64,000 bases of DNA from Terriglobia bacterium. Lineage in GTDB: Bacteria > Acidobacteriota > Polarisedimenticolia > Polarisedimenticolales > JAIQFR01. The position numbers were made by a program, and so were the translations under genes. Shown here piece by piece: positions 1 to 9,154 of this stretch. Every line of letters starts with the position of its first letter. The first letter of the stretch is position 1. The stretch is taken from assembly GCA_963748015.1 (NCBI GenBank), contig CAVVHE010000009.1, positions 480,001 to 544,000 of the forward strand, read 5' to 3'. Below the pieces are notes generated by a model. It searched no databases. It saw only the letters and a program-made list of their open reading frames with translations, and was not told the origin of the DNA.

Positions 1-393
1 GCCTCGTCGTTCTCGGCTGACGGTCGCTGGATGACCTATGTCTCGGACGAATCGGGCCGGAGCGAGCTCTACGTCACGTCGTATCCCGGTCCCGCCGGGA
101 AATGGCAGGTTTCGACCGGCGGCGCCACCGCCGGCGGCTGGCTCGGCGCCGGGAAAGAGGTCTGGTACTCCGATACCGACGGGAGATACTTCGCGGTCCC
201 GATCGAGGCGATCGCCGGGAGCGTCGAGGTGGGCACGCGCCGCGCTCTCTTCGGAGGCCAGATCCTGCCCGTCGAGGTCGGGGACTTCACCCGCGACGGC
301 AAGCGCTTCCTCGGGGCGGTGCAGAAGGTGGGGACGACGGGACCGATCCTGACGCTCGTGACGCACTGGTCGTCCGAGCTCGAGAAGAAATGA
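1..393 (+). CDS. C-terminal fragment of a TolB/PD40-like beta-propeller protein, probably a Ser/Thr kinase-propeller paralog (5' truncated by window edge)
   Basis: Open frame from window start; SADGRWMTYVSDESGRSELYV...KWQVSTGG is typical of PD40 propeller tails; stop overlaps next ATG (ATGA at 390-393). Confidence 0.8.
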   Translation, partial: ASSFSADGRWMTYVSDESGRSELYVTSYPGPAGKWQVSTGGATAGGWLGAGKEVWYSDTDGRYFAVPIEAIAGSVEVGTRRALFGGQILPVEVGDFTRDGKRFLGAVQKVGTTGPILTLVTHWSSELEKK

Positions 394-2975
394 GCGTGGT
401 CCCCGGCACGCGCCTCGGCCCCTACGAGATCCTCTCGCCGCTCGGCGCCGGCGGGATGGGCGAGGTCTGGCGCGCTCGCGACACCAAGCTCGACCGCGAG
501 GTGGCGCTCAAGTTCCTCCCGGCGTCGTTCGCGGAGAATCCGGAGCGCCTCGCGCGCTTCGAGCGCGAGGCGAGGGTCCTCGCGTCGCTCAACCACCCGA
601 GCATCGCGGGCATCTACGGGCTGCACGAGCACGAGGGGCTTCGCTTCCTCGCGATGGAGCTCGCCCCCGGCGCGGACCTCGCGGAGCGACTGAAGCGGGG
701 GAAGCTCCCCGTGGAGGAAGCGCTGGACGTCGCGCGCCAGATCGCGGAGGCGGTCGAGGCGGCGCACGAGCAGGGGATCGTCCATCGCGATCTCAAGCCC
801 GCCAACATCCAGCTCACCCCCGAGGGCCGGGTGAAGGTGCTCGACTTCGGTCTCGCGAAGGCGCTCGAGTCCGCGGCGATGTCGGGGCCGTCCCGCGATG
901 CCGTGATGTCGCCCACGATCACGTCGATGGGGACGGTCGCGGGGGTCATCCTCGGCACGGCGGCGTACATGAGCCCCGAGCAGGCGCGCGGGAAGAGTGT
1001 CGACAAGCGCGCCGACATCTGGGCGTTCGGGTGCGTGCTCTACGAGATGCTCTCCGGGAAGCTCGCCTTCGCGGGAGAGACCATCTCGGACACGATGGCC
1101 GCCGTGCTCACGCGCGACCCGGACTGGAGCGCGCTGCCGCCGGGCGTCCCCCCGCGGGTACGCGAGCTGATGGAGCGCTGCCTCCGGAAGGACGCCAAGG
1201 ACCGACTGCGCGACATCGGCGACGCGCGCATCGAGCTAGCGGGCGCGCGCGGGGCGGTCTCCGGGTCCCCCGCGGCGGGACTCGAGAAGGTCGCGCGGCC
1301 GCGGCGCGCCCTGGCGCTGCTCCTGTCCGCGGCCGCGGTCGTCGCCGCCCTGGCGGGCGGGACGATCGTCGGCCGCCGGACCGCCCGGACGGAGCCCCCG
1401 GCGTTTCGTCCGCTGACCTTCGAGCGCGGCTTCGTCCACTCGGCGCGGTTCGGGCCGGACGGGCAGACGGTGATCTACGGCGCGGCGTTCGAGGGCCAGC
1501 CGGTGACCCTCATGTCCACGCGCACGGACGGCTTCGAGTCGCGCCGTCTCGATCTCCCTAGCGCCGACATCGCGGGGATCTCGAGGAACGGCCAGATGGC
1601 GCTTCTCCTCGGGCGCCACCACATCGGCAGCTGGTTGCGCATCGGCACGCTCGCCCAGGTGGCCCTCTCGGGGGGCGAGCCGCGGGAGATCCAGAACGAC
1701 GTCTTCGACGCCGACATCTCTCCCGACGGCAAGCAGTTCGCGGTCGTCGTCGAGGAGGGGGACGACCAGGTGCTGCAGTATCCGATCGGCAAGGAGATCT
1801 TCCGCACGCGCGGCTGGATCAGCCAGCCCCGGATCGCCCCCGACGGGAAGCGCATCGCGTTCGTCCACCATCGCGTCCGGGGGGACGATCTCGGGGAGCC
1901 CACGCTGGCCGACGATTCCGGGAAGGCGACTCTCCTCGGCGGCGAGCAGCAGTACCAGCAGGGCCTCGCCTGGTCCCCCGCCGGCGACACGGTGTGGTTC
2001 ACGGAGACCGATGACGCCGCGGGCGGAACCCTCTGGAAGGTATCTCCCGGCGGGGCGCCGCGGATGGTTCTGCGGGTTCCGTCGAACATCCGGGTCCAGG
2101 ACGTCGCCGCCGACGGGAGCATCCTCCTCGACGTGGATGAGTCCCGCGCCGTGATCGCCGGTCAGCTCGCCGGGGACACGGCCGAGCGAACGTACTCGTG
2201 GTGGGACAACGACACCCCCGCGGCGATCTCGAACGACGGGACGATCTACGCGGGCGACAACTCGAGCATCGTCGTGAACGGAGAATACGCGGTCTTCTTC
2301 CGCCGCGGCGGCGCGCCCCCCGTCCAGATGGGCATGGGTCTCGCCGCCGGCCTGACGCCGGACGGGAAATTCGTCTTCACCTCCATGCTGACCGCGGACC
2401 GCTCGAAGCTCACGATGCGTCCCGTCGGTCCGGGTCAGCCCCGCACGTTCGATCTCGGGGGAGTCCTGCCGGACTTCAGCCTCGGCAACCGCGCCACGTG
2501 CTCGGAAGACGGCCGGCGGATCGCGTTCCTCGGCGACCGGAAGGGCACGGGTCGCGTGGCGTGGGTGCTCGACCTCGCCGGCGGCGCGCCCCGCCCCGTG
2601 TCGCCGGACGGGGCGGCCGCCGTGATCCTCTCTCCCGACGGCAGCTCGGTCGCGGTGGGCGATCCGAAGCGCGGCCTCTACGTCGTCCCGGCGGCGGGCG
2701 GGCAGCCGAAGCCGATCCAGGGCGCCGAGAAGAACGAGATTCCGCTCGCGTGGTCCTCGGACGGCCGGAGCGTCTTTGCGTGGAACCAGACCCTGCCGCC
2801 GAAAATCTACCGGATCGCGCTCGACGGCGGCCGCCGCGAGTTGGCCAGGGAGCTGATGCCGCCCGATCCCGCGGGGATCCTCTACGGCTGGCTCACGCTC
2901 ACGACCGACGGCCGGTTCTACATGCACCGGTACCGGCGCGCGCTCAGCAGCGTCTGCGTCGTGAAGCCGAGCTGA
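390..2975 (+). CDS. Hanks-type Ser/Thr protein kinase with TM helix and C-terminal TolB-like beta-propeller
   Basis: GAGGMGEV, VALK, HRDLKPAN, DFG, GTAAYMSPEQ and DIWAFG motifs; hydrophobic segment LALLLSAAAVVAALAGG; repeated SPDG motifs; start MSVVPG coupled to upstream stop. Confidence 0.95.
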   Translation: MSVVPGTRLGPYEILSPLGAGGMGEVWRARDTKLDREVALKFLPASFAENPERLARFEREARVLASLNHPSIAGIYGLHEHEGLRFLAMELAPGADLAERLKRGKLPVEEALDVARQIAEAVEAAHEQGIVHRDLKPANIQLTPEGRVKVLDFGLAKALESAAMSGPSRDAVMSPTITSMGTVAGVILGTAAYMSPEQARGKSVDKRADIWAFGCVLYEMLSGKLAFAGETISDTMAAVLTRDPDWSALPPGVPPRVRELMERCLRKDAKDRLRDIGDARIELAGARGAVSGSPAAGLEKVARPRRALALLLSAAAVVAALAGGTIVGRRTARTEPPAFRPLTFERGFVHSARFGPDGQTVIYGAAFEGQPVTLMSTRTDGFESRRLDLPSADIAGISRNGQMALLLGRHHIGSWLRIGTLAQVALSGGEPREIQNDVFDADISPDGKQFAVVVEEGDDQVLQYPIGKEIFRTRGWISQPRIAPDGKRIAFVHHRVRGDDLGEPTLADDSGKATLLGGEQQYQQGLAWSPAGDTVWFTETDDAAGGTLWKVSPGGAPRMVLRVPSNIRVQDVAADGSILLDVDESRAVIAGQLAGDTAERTYSWWDNDTPAAISNDGTIYAGDNSSIVVNGEYAVFFRRGGAPPVQMGMGLAAGLTPDGKFVFTSMLTADRSKLTMRPVGPGQPRTFDLGGVLPDFSLGNRATCSEDGRRIAFLGDRKGTGRVAWVLDLAGGAPRPVSPDGAAAVILSPDGSSVAVGDPKRGLYVVPAAGGQPKPIQGAEKNEIPLAWSSDGRSVFAWNQTLPPKIYRIALDGGRRELARELMPPDPAGILYGWLTLTTDGRFYMHRYRRALSSVCVVKPS

Positions 2976-2982
2976 GGAACAA

Positions 2983-3013
2983 GGGGACGGCAGGCCGAGC
3001 GGTCGCTGTCCCC
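2983..3013. repeat. GGGACRGC...GCYGTCCC palindrome (REP-like or bidirectional terminator), copy 1
   Basis: GGGGACGGC-13 nt-GCTGTCCCC hairpin just after the kinase stop; related copies at 9260, 11443/11462, 25436 and 56865. Confidence 0.7.
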
Positions 3014-3016
3014 GCT

Positions 3017-3062
3017 CTACATCAGCACCCGCAGCTTCGCGTACCCGGCGCGGCTGACGGGA
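3017..3062 (-). repeat. Displaced duplicate of the 3' end of the LytTR gene (att-like direct repeat, left)
   Basis: 40/46 identical to 6024-6069; translates PVSRAGYAKLRVLM* versus PVSRAGYAKLRELM*; 5 of 6 differences synonymous. Confidence 0.85.
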
Positions 3063-3137
3063 TTCACCAAGTAGCCCACCGCGTGCACCACCAACGCGCG
3101 CCGCGCCCGTTACCGCGGAGATGGGCGAGTCCCATGG

Positions 3138-5073
3138 CTACTTCGCCCGTTTCCTCCGCCTCTCCACCAGGTTGCGGTCGGCGTAGGCGGCGACCTCGAC
3201 GAGTTGCTCGAGGGGGCGGTCGAGGCGCGGGTCCTGGCTGCTCTTGAGGACGATCTCCTTCGAGAAGAGCATCGCGAGGTAACGGAGCTTGAGCGCCGGA
3301 CGGTCCGAGATCGCCCGGTAGTCGCGGTGGCCGGCGTTGACCTGCCACCTGCCGTCCACCACGCGCGAGCGCCAGCCCGCGCCGGGGTCGGTCACGAATT
3401 CGGGGTCGGGGATCCCCTCGTCGGACCTCGCGGATCGGATCTCCTCGACGATTTCCACGGCGGACTCGGCGGCCGCCTCCCTGCCTTCCGAACGAGCGGT
3501 GACGCGAAGCACCCCCTCGTTTTCCTCGGATGAGGCGCGCAGGACCGCGGCACGTCCGTCGGCCTCCTCCTCGAGTTTCCCGACCGGCCCGGTCAGTTCC
3601 CACGTGAAGGTCACCGGCTCCTCGACGGCTCGCCCGGTCGCATCGAGCGCGTGCGCTCGGATGCGACGCGCTCCCGAGCACTCGACCCGGACGGGGGAAG
3701 GGGTGATGCGCACGGAGTCCAAAGGGCCCGGCGGCAGCAGGTGGCCGATCGGCGCCCGCTCCTTGTCCGGTCCGGCCAGACGCTCGTCCGGCGGCCCGGA
3801 AGCGGCGCCGCCCGCGGGCCCCGCTCCTCCGGGCTCGGTGAGCTCCGAGTCGCCCGCCGGGCCCGCGCCCCGGTCGCCGCGGGAGCGGACCGGGAGCATC
3901 TCGTATCGCGGGCGATGACGGTAGAAGTCCCGGAAGGCGCGCTGCAGGTCGCGAACCAGCGCGCGATCGGTTTCTTCCTCGCGCTTGCGCTCCAGGCTCA
4001 GGAGCGCAGCGGCCAGCAACGGCTCGATCGAGGCGAGCGCCCGCGCGAACGCACCGGCCGCCTCGTCCGGTACGATCCCCCGACGGCTGCCGGGGGCGAC
4101 GCGGAGAGCGGGGTAGTCGAGCAGTCCCGTCAGCCGGGGATCGGTCCACGGGTGGCGGTCGAGACCGAGCGCGCCGAGCTCGTGGAAGCTCTCGGCCGCG
4201 AGCGTACCCGCGGAGTACAACGCGAGCCCGCGCCCCTCCGATCCGTCCTCGGGCGCGGCGGCCAGGTAAACCTCGAGCCGGACGGGTGGGCTTCCGGGGA
4301 TCTCGAGGCTCGAAAGCCCGGCAACGCGCTCGCCGAGGAAACGGGGCGGGCGAACCGGGATGATCTTCTGCGCGCGCCCGCGGGACATCCGGTCCTCGAC
4401 CCGCAGGTCCACCTCGCGCGCCAGGAGCTGGCCTCGCAGCTCCGACGCCAGGTAATCGGCCGCCCTCCGCCCCACGAGCGCGTTCAGCGCTTCGCGGTGG
4501 AGCCCGACCACCACGATCTCGGTCCATCGCTCGTCGAGGGCGAGGCGCGAGCGGAGCGGCTCCACGAGGAAATTCGGGGCGATCGCGGTGCAAGACGAGA
4601 CGGTGCGGCCGGTCGCCCGGGACCGCGCTGCGCATCTCGAGCAGCTCGCCGAGGCACCAGAACCCGAGCAGTCCGATGCCGTACTGCCCCTGCGTCATCA
4701 GCGCCAGCCGCTCTTGGGGCGAAAGCTGGCGCTTCCTGCTGTGGCCGATGTGCGTCGCGATGTACTGGAGGGCTTCGAGACGCGTCAGCTCCGGGATCAC
4801 GCCGGCGCCGTCGTCGAGGATCCGCAGGCACGGGCGGCCGCGGTCACGGACGCGCGTGACGCGGATGCTCCGCGCGCCGGCGTCGAGACTGTTCTGGACC
4901 AGCTCCGCCAGGGCCTTGCGCGGGTCGGGCTGGCTCATCGCGAGCCAGCGGATCAGCTCGAACGGATCGTGCGCCCGGACCTTGCCTCGCAGAACGTCCG
5001 CGGGTTTCCGCGGCCTGCCGCGGCGGCGGATCCCTACGGATCCCGGCTCACGAGGCCCCTTCTCGTCGGTCAC
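3138..5073 (-). CDS. GHKL/MORC-like ATPase with N-terminal AT-hook and an Ig-like domain (~644 aa; +1 frameshift near 4570)
   Basis: RRRGRPRK; AELVQNSLDA (N box), LDDGAG (G1), GQYGIG (G2), WTEIVV; ORF 3064..5073 joins ORF 3138..4565 if one T is removed from GAATTTCCTC (giving RPEFLVEPLR). Confidence 0.85.
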
Positions 5074-5217
5074 GGGGCAAACGCTACCAGAATCCGGGGA
5101 GGACTTTCAAAGCTGTTTCGCGCGCATGGAGAGCCCCGCTTCCTCGATCCTACAACGCCCACCACCGGGGTGCGCCCCACTTGTCTCCCTCCCGCAATCC
5201 GATCGCATACCGATAGG

Positions 5218-5246
5218 TTGACTCCGAGCGCCCGCCGATGTACTGT
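5218..5246 (+). promoter_or_regulatory. sigma70-type promoter for the NYN gene leader
   Basis: TTGACT (5218-5223), 17 nt spacer, TACTGT (5241-5246). Confidence 0.7.
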
Positions 5247-5252
5247 TACGCC

Positions 5253-5340
5253 GGTTGCTCTTGATAGAAGAACCACCCCTCCGTTACGCCCCTGATTCAA
5301 GTAGGCGCAAGCCTCGCGTGATGGAGGGGCGCTTTTCTCT
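5253..5340 (+). ncRNA. Putative structured leader or small RNA upstream of the NYN RNase
   Basis: Hairpin GGTT..AACC 5253-5274; stem CGCCCCT(5287-93)/AGGGGCG(5325-31) enclosing an AGGC-GCAA-GCCT GNRA hairpin (5303-14), followed by CTTTTCTCT. Confidence 0.5.
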
Positions 5341-5378
5341 CCGGTCCCATCGGAACCGCCTTCTCCCCTGAGGCGCAG

Positions 5379-5993
5379 GTGTGTGACCGAGTCGCCATCC
5401 TCTTGGATGGCGGGTTCGTCAAGAAGAAACTCACGCAGACGTTACGCCGATTCCCCCGCCCGGTGGACGTCGTGGATCTCTGCCAGCGAATCATGGCGTC
5501 GCCCAGACTGACCGAATCGAGACTCTTGCGAATCTACTTCTGCGACGCGCCGCCCTACGAGGGGCGATCCTCGAACCCGATGAGTGGCGAGGTGCTGGAC
5601 TTCTCCGGTACTGTCGAGGCAAAACGCAACCGAGCGCTGTTCGATGCCCTGGAGATGCAAGCCGACTTCGCCGTGCGACGGGGCACGATCCTCCATGTCG
5701 GGTGGAAGCTGGGCAGCGCCGCGCTGAGGAATCTCTCGCGGAACCCTCGCGCGATCACCGCCAGCGACTTCGTCCCCAACATGGTCCAGAAGGGTGTCGA
5801 CCTCCGCATGGGGCTCGACATCTCGGCGATGGCTCTGAAGCGAATTGCGGAGACGCTCGTGCTCGTCAGCGGCGACTCGGATCTCGTTCCCGCGATGAAG
5901 ACGGCACGCCGCGAAGGACTGCGGGTCTACCTCGAGACGCTCGGACATCACGTCCGGCCCGAACTCAAGGTCCACGCCGACCTCGTGCTGTAG
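5379..5993 (+). CDS. NYN domain (LabA/DUF88, PIN-fold) ribonuclease
   Basis: ILLDGGF, RIYFCDAPP, QKGVDLRMGLDI and SGDSDLVPAMKTARREG motifs; conserved acidic residues intact. Confidence 0.93.
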   Translation: MCDRVAILLDGGFVKKKLTQTLRRFPRPVDVVDLCQRIMASPRLTESRLLRIYFCDAPPYEGRSSNPMSGEVLDFSGTVEAKRNRALFDALEMQADFAVRRGTILHVGWKLGSAALRNLSRNPRAITASDFVPNMVQKGVDLRMGLDISAMALKRIAETLVLVSGDSDLVPAMKTARREGLRVYLETLGHHVRPELKVHADLVL

Positions 5994-6023
5994 GGCGGTA
6001 CAGGGCCGCTGGACAAACCCGGC

Positions 6024-6779
6024 CTACATCAGCTCCCGCAACTTCGCGTATCCCGCCCGGCTGACCGGAAGCTCCTTCCCGTCCTTCAGGATCGCGATCC
6101 GGCTGTCCTTGGCCATGAGCTCCAGGCGGGCGAGCCGGTCGAGGTTGATCAGGTAGGAGCGGTGGATGCGGACGAAGCGGGCCGGGTCGAGCAGGTCCGC
6201 GAGGTCGGCGAGCGCCTGGTTCTTGAGGTGCGAGCGCCCCTCGGCGTGAATCGCCACGTAGTCGTCCTGGGCCTCGATCCAGTCGATGCGGGCGACGGGG
6301 ATCACGTGGACGTTCGCGCCGTCCTTCACCAGGACGCGCGCGAGGTGCTCGCCGGGCGGGCGGGCCGAGGCGGCCAGCGCCGCCGCCCGCGGCGCCGGGG
6401 CCGCGGCCTCGAGGCGCTCCCTCGCCCTCGCGAGCGCCTTGTCGAGCCGCTCGCGGCCGACGGGCTTGAGCACGTAGTCCACCGCGTGCACCTCGAAGGC
6501 GCGCAGCGCGTACTCGTCGTACGCGGTCACGAACACGACGACCGGCGGGCGGTCGAGCAGCTCGAGCACCTCGAAACCGTCGAGCTTGGGCATCTGGACG
6601 TCGAGCAGCACGACGTCGGGTGCCTTCTCGCCGATCGCGCGCACCGCCTCGAAGCCGTTCTCGCACTCGCCGACGACCTCGACGTCGCGGTGGGCCTCGC
6701 AGTACTCGCGCAGCAGCGCCCGTGCGGGCGCCTCGTCGTCCACGATCACGACACGGATCGCGCGGGCGTCAGGCTTCAT
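6024..6779 (-). CDS. LytTR-family response regulator
   Basis: IVDDE, LLDVQMP, FVTAYDEYA, DYVLKP and FVRIHRSYLIN motifs. Confidence 0.96.
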   Translation of the reverse strand: MKPDARAIRVVIVDDEAPARALLREYCEAHRDVEVVGECENGFEAVRAIGEKAPDVVLLDVQMPKLDGFEVLELLDRPPVVVFVTAYDEYALRAFEVHAVDYVLKPVGRERLDKALARARERLEAAAPAPRAAALAASARPPGEHLARVLVKDGANVHVIPVARIDWIEAQDDYVAIHAEGRSHLKNQALADLADLLDPARFVRIHRSYLINLDRLARLELMAKDSRIAILKDGKELPVSRAGYAKLRELM

Positions 6780-7857
6780 GACGGCCGTTCTCCCCGTCCT
6801 CCCGCTCGAGCGCGGGAAGGTAGAGCATCGCCTTGAACCGCCCGTCCTCGCGAGAGACCTCGAGCCCCGCCGAGCCTGGATCGAGCGCCTCGAGGCGGCG
6901 CCTCACGTTCTCGAGGCCGAGACCCTGCCCTCGGCGGGGGGGCGCGTCGGGGTCGAACGGGTTCTCGACCGACACCTCGAGCCGGCCGGTCCGGCGGCGC
7001 GCGGCGATGCGGATCGTGCCCCCCTCGATGCGGCTCGCGACGCCGTGCTTCACCGCGTTCTCGACGAGCGGCTGGAGGAGCAGCGGGGGAACGAGGCAGC
7101 GCTCCGCGGCGGCCTCCACGTCGCGCGTGACCGAAAGCCGCTTTCCGAACCGGACCTGCTCCACCGAGAGGTAGTGGTCCGCAAGCCGGAGTTCCTCCCC
7201 GAGGGCCACGCGCGGGCGGGCGCCCAGGGCCAGGCTCGTGCGGAGGAAGTCGCCGAGGAGCTGGCACATGCGCCGCGCCGCCTCGGGATCGGATCCGACG
7301 AGGGCGTTGATCGAGTTCAAGGAGTTGAACAGGAAGTGCGGGTTGAGCTGCGCGCGGAGGGCCTTGAGCTCCGCCTCGCGAGCCGACAGCTGCGACTCCA
7401 GCATCCGCCGCTCGGCGGCGCGCGCCGTCTCGAAGGCCAGCGCGAGGTAGTGGGCGACGATGGACTGCGCGTAGAGGATCACGCCGGCGACGAACAGCGC
7501 CAGCAGGTCGCGCAGCATCCCGGCGCGGTCGGGCCCGATTCCCGCGCGGCTCTTGAGCAGCACGGCCCACGCCGCGCCCGCGGCGGTCCAGATGGCCGCG
7601 GACTGGAGCGCGGCGCCGGCGAGGAAGGCGGCGAGGCGCAGCGGCGGCGCGCTGCCGAGAGGGCGCGAGCGGCAGACCCACCACGCGGAGAGGCACGCGA
7701 AGGCGTAGATCGCGGTGAGCGGCCCGGCGAAGACCGCGGCGTGCGCGACCGGCCGCGGCCGGAGCAGCACGAAGAGGCCGGTCAGGAGGAGGCCGATGCC
7801 CACCCATGCGACGAGGTAGAGGAGAATCCGGATCCTTCGAGCGAGTAGAGGGTGCAC
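6769..7857 (-). CDS. LytS/YehU-type membrane sensor histidine kinase
   Basis: N-terminal TM helices; ELKALRAQLNPHFLFNSLNSI, LQPLVENAVKHG and GLGLENVRRRL motifs. Confidence 0.95.
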   Translation of the reverse strand: MHPLLARRIRILLYLVAWVGIGLLLTGLFVLLRPRPVAHAAVFAGPLTAIYAFACLSAWWVCRSRPLGSAPPLRLAAFLAGAALQSAAIWTAAGAAWAVLLKSRAGIGPDRAGMLRDLLALFVAGVILYAQSIVAHYLALAFETARAAERRMLESQLSAREAELKALRAQLNPHFLFNSLNSINALVGSDPEAARRMCQLLGDFLRTSLALGARPRVALGEELRLADHYLSVEQVRFGKRLSVTRDVEAAAERCLVPPLLLQPLVENAVKHGVASRIEGGTIRIAARRRTGRLEVSVENPFDPDAPPRRGQGLGLENVRRRLEALDPGSAGLEVSREDGRFKAMLYLPALEREDGENGRHEA

Positions 7858-7860
7858 GGC

Positions 7861-8616
7861 TCAGTTCTTCACTTCCATGCCGCCCATGACGATGAAGCCC
7901 TTGATCACCAGGTGGCCCGTCGCCTCGCCCTCGGGGGCCCGGGTCTTGTCGTCCACGCCGCCGAGCAGCGCCAGCGCCTCGTTCGTGACCTTCCAGCCCG
8001 GCGGCACGCGAAGGTCGACGCCTCCCCACCAGATGAACACGTCGATCACCGCCGGCCCGCCCGCGATCTTGGCGGGACGCAGGTCGATGTCGTGCCCGCC
8101 CATGATGGCCGTGATCTCGCCGCCGCGGAAGTCCTCCGACACGACCTTCCGTCCCGCGCCCGACCAGAGCGCGAACGCGCGAAGCGTCCCGGCCCCCTCC
8201 TCGAGCGCGGCGGTCGTGGCCCGGCCGCGCAGGGAGGCGATCACCATCGAGCCGCCCAGGACGACGAGTGCCAAGGGCCAGAGGCTCCAGGGGCTGTGGT
8301 GCACGATGCCGGCCCTCTGGAGGAGCATCCAGCCCGCGAAGAACGACACCAGGATGCCCCCGGTGACCTGGCGCCGGCAGCAGATTCCCGTCAGCATCAT
8401 CAGGCCCCAGGCCAGCGCGAGCGCCGGCCACCACCTCAGGACCTGCGATGCGTCCATGACGTCCAGCTCGTCGAGCAGGAAGACGAACCCCAGCGCGATG
8501 ACGAGAGCGCCGATGATCAGCCGCCCCGTCATCCCGCGGACGACGACGCCGTAGACGACGTGCTTCCCCTCGACGACCCGGCCGACTTGCAGTGTTCCCT
8601 TGTCGCCGTCACTCAT
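7861..8616 (-). CDS. LiaF-like membrane protein (TM region plus DUF2154-like C-terminal beta domain)
   Basis: Four TM segments with WWP/LWP motifs; FRGGEITAIMGGHDIDLR...WWGGVDLRVP. Confidence 0.85.
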   Translation of the reverse strand: MSDGDKGTLQVGRVVEGKHVVYGVVVRGMTGRLIIGALVIALGFVFLLDELDVMDASQVLRWWPALALAWGLMMLTGICCRRQVTGGILVSFFAGWMLLQRAGIVHHSPWSLWPLALVVLGGSMVIASLRGRATTAALEEGAGTLRAFALWSGAGRKVVSEDFRGGEITAIMGGHDIDLRPAKIAGGPAVIDVFIWWGGVDLRVPPGWKVTNEALALLGGVDDKTRAPEGEATGHLVIKGFIVMGGMEVKN

Positions 8617-8761
8617 CGGATGCCTCCTCGTGCGCCCGCCGGTCGCTCTTGCCGGCGAGGATCCCGATCACGATCCCGGCGCCGAACACGACCAGCAGCA
8701 TCGGCCAGAAGCCGTAGCTCGACAGGGCCGCCCAGTCCACCTCCGCGGCCAATTCAATCAC
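8609..8761 (-). CDS. Small 50-aa single-TM LiaI/DUF5668-like protein (not in ORF track)
   Basis: GTG start after CAGGAG; MIELAAEVDWAALSSYGFWPMLLVVFGAGIVIGILAGKSDRRAHEEASDE*; overlaps both neighbours by 8 nt; FWPxLL motif shared with neighbours. Confidence 0.7.
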   Translation of the reverse strand: MIELAAEVDWAALSSYGFWPMLLVVFGAGIVIGILAGKSDRRAHEEASDE

Positions 8762-9116
8762 GGGAGGGCTCCTGCTCGCAGCAGCGCTCGTCCTCCCGAC
8801 TGAAGGCGCGGATCACGATCCCGACGCCGACCGCGAGCAGCAGGAGCGGCCAGAACGTCGACCAGGTCAGCCCCAGCCAGTGGAACTCCGCGGCGAAGAA
8901 CGCCAGCCCCATGAGGGCGAGCATCACGCCGGACCCGGGGCGCCCCTCGAACAGCTTGAACGCGCCCAGGATCAGGAGGACCGCCGGCCAGAGCTTCGAC
9001 AGGGACGGGATGTCGACGACTCCCAACCTGTCCAGGAGGAAGGCGCCGCCGATCGTCATGAGAAGGACCCCCCAGAGGGCCTGCCGGTGGGGCCGGGTTC
9101 TTTCCTCGAGTTCCAT
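8754..9116 (-). CDS. DUF5668/LiaI-LiaF-like TM protein (120 aa)
   Basis: RBS GGAGG before MELEERT; LWPAVLL and FWPLLLL repeats. Confidence 0.85.
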   Translation of the reverse strand: MELEERTRPHRQALWGVLLMTIGGAFLLDRLGVVDIPSLSKLWPAVLLILGAFKLFEGRPGSGVMLALMGLAFFAAEFHWLGLTWSTFWPLLLLAVGVGIVIRAFSREDERCCEQEPSRD

Positions 9117-9154
9117 CGCCGCCTCCGTCGGGTTCATTCCCGCCTTGCACCTGG

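Larger units (their letters stand above)
3017..6069. mobile_element. Putative integrated genomic islet (GHKL ATPase + NYN RNase) in the 3' end of the LytTR gene; no integrase present
   Basis: Flanking 46-bp imperfect direct repeats of the gene end; the NYN part is visibly less GC-rich than the flanks. Confidence 0.65.

Noticed and set aside
3017..6069. Islet as an IS, transposon or prophage
   Set aside because: No transposase, integrase, terminal inverted repeats or phage genes; only att-like gene-end repeats
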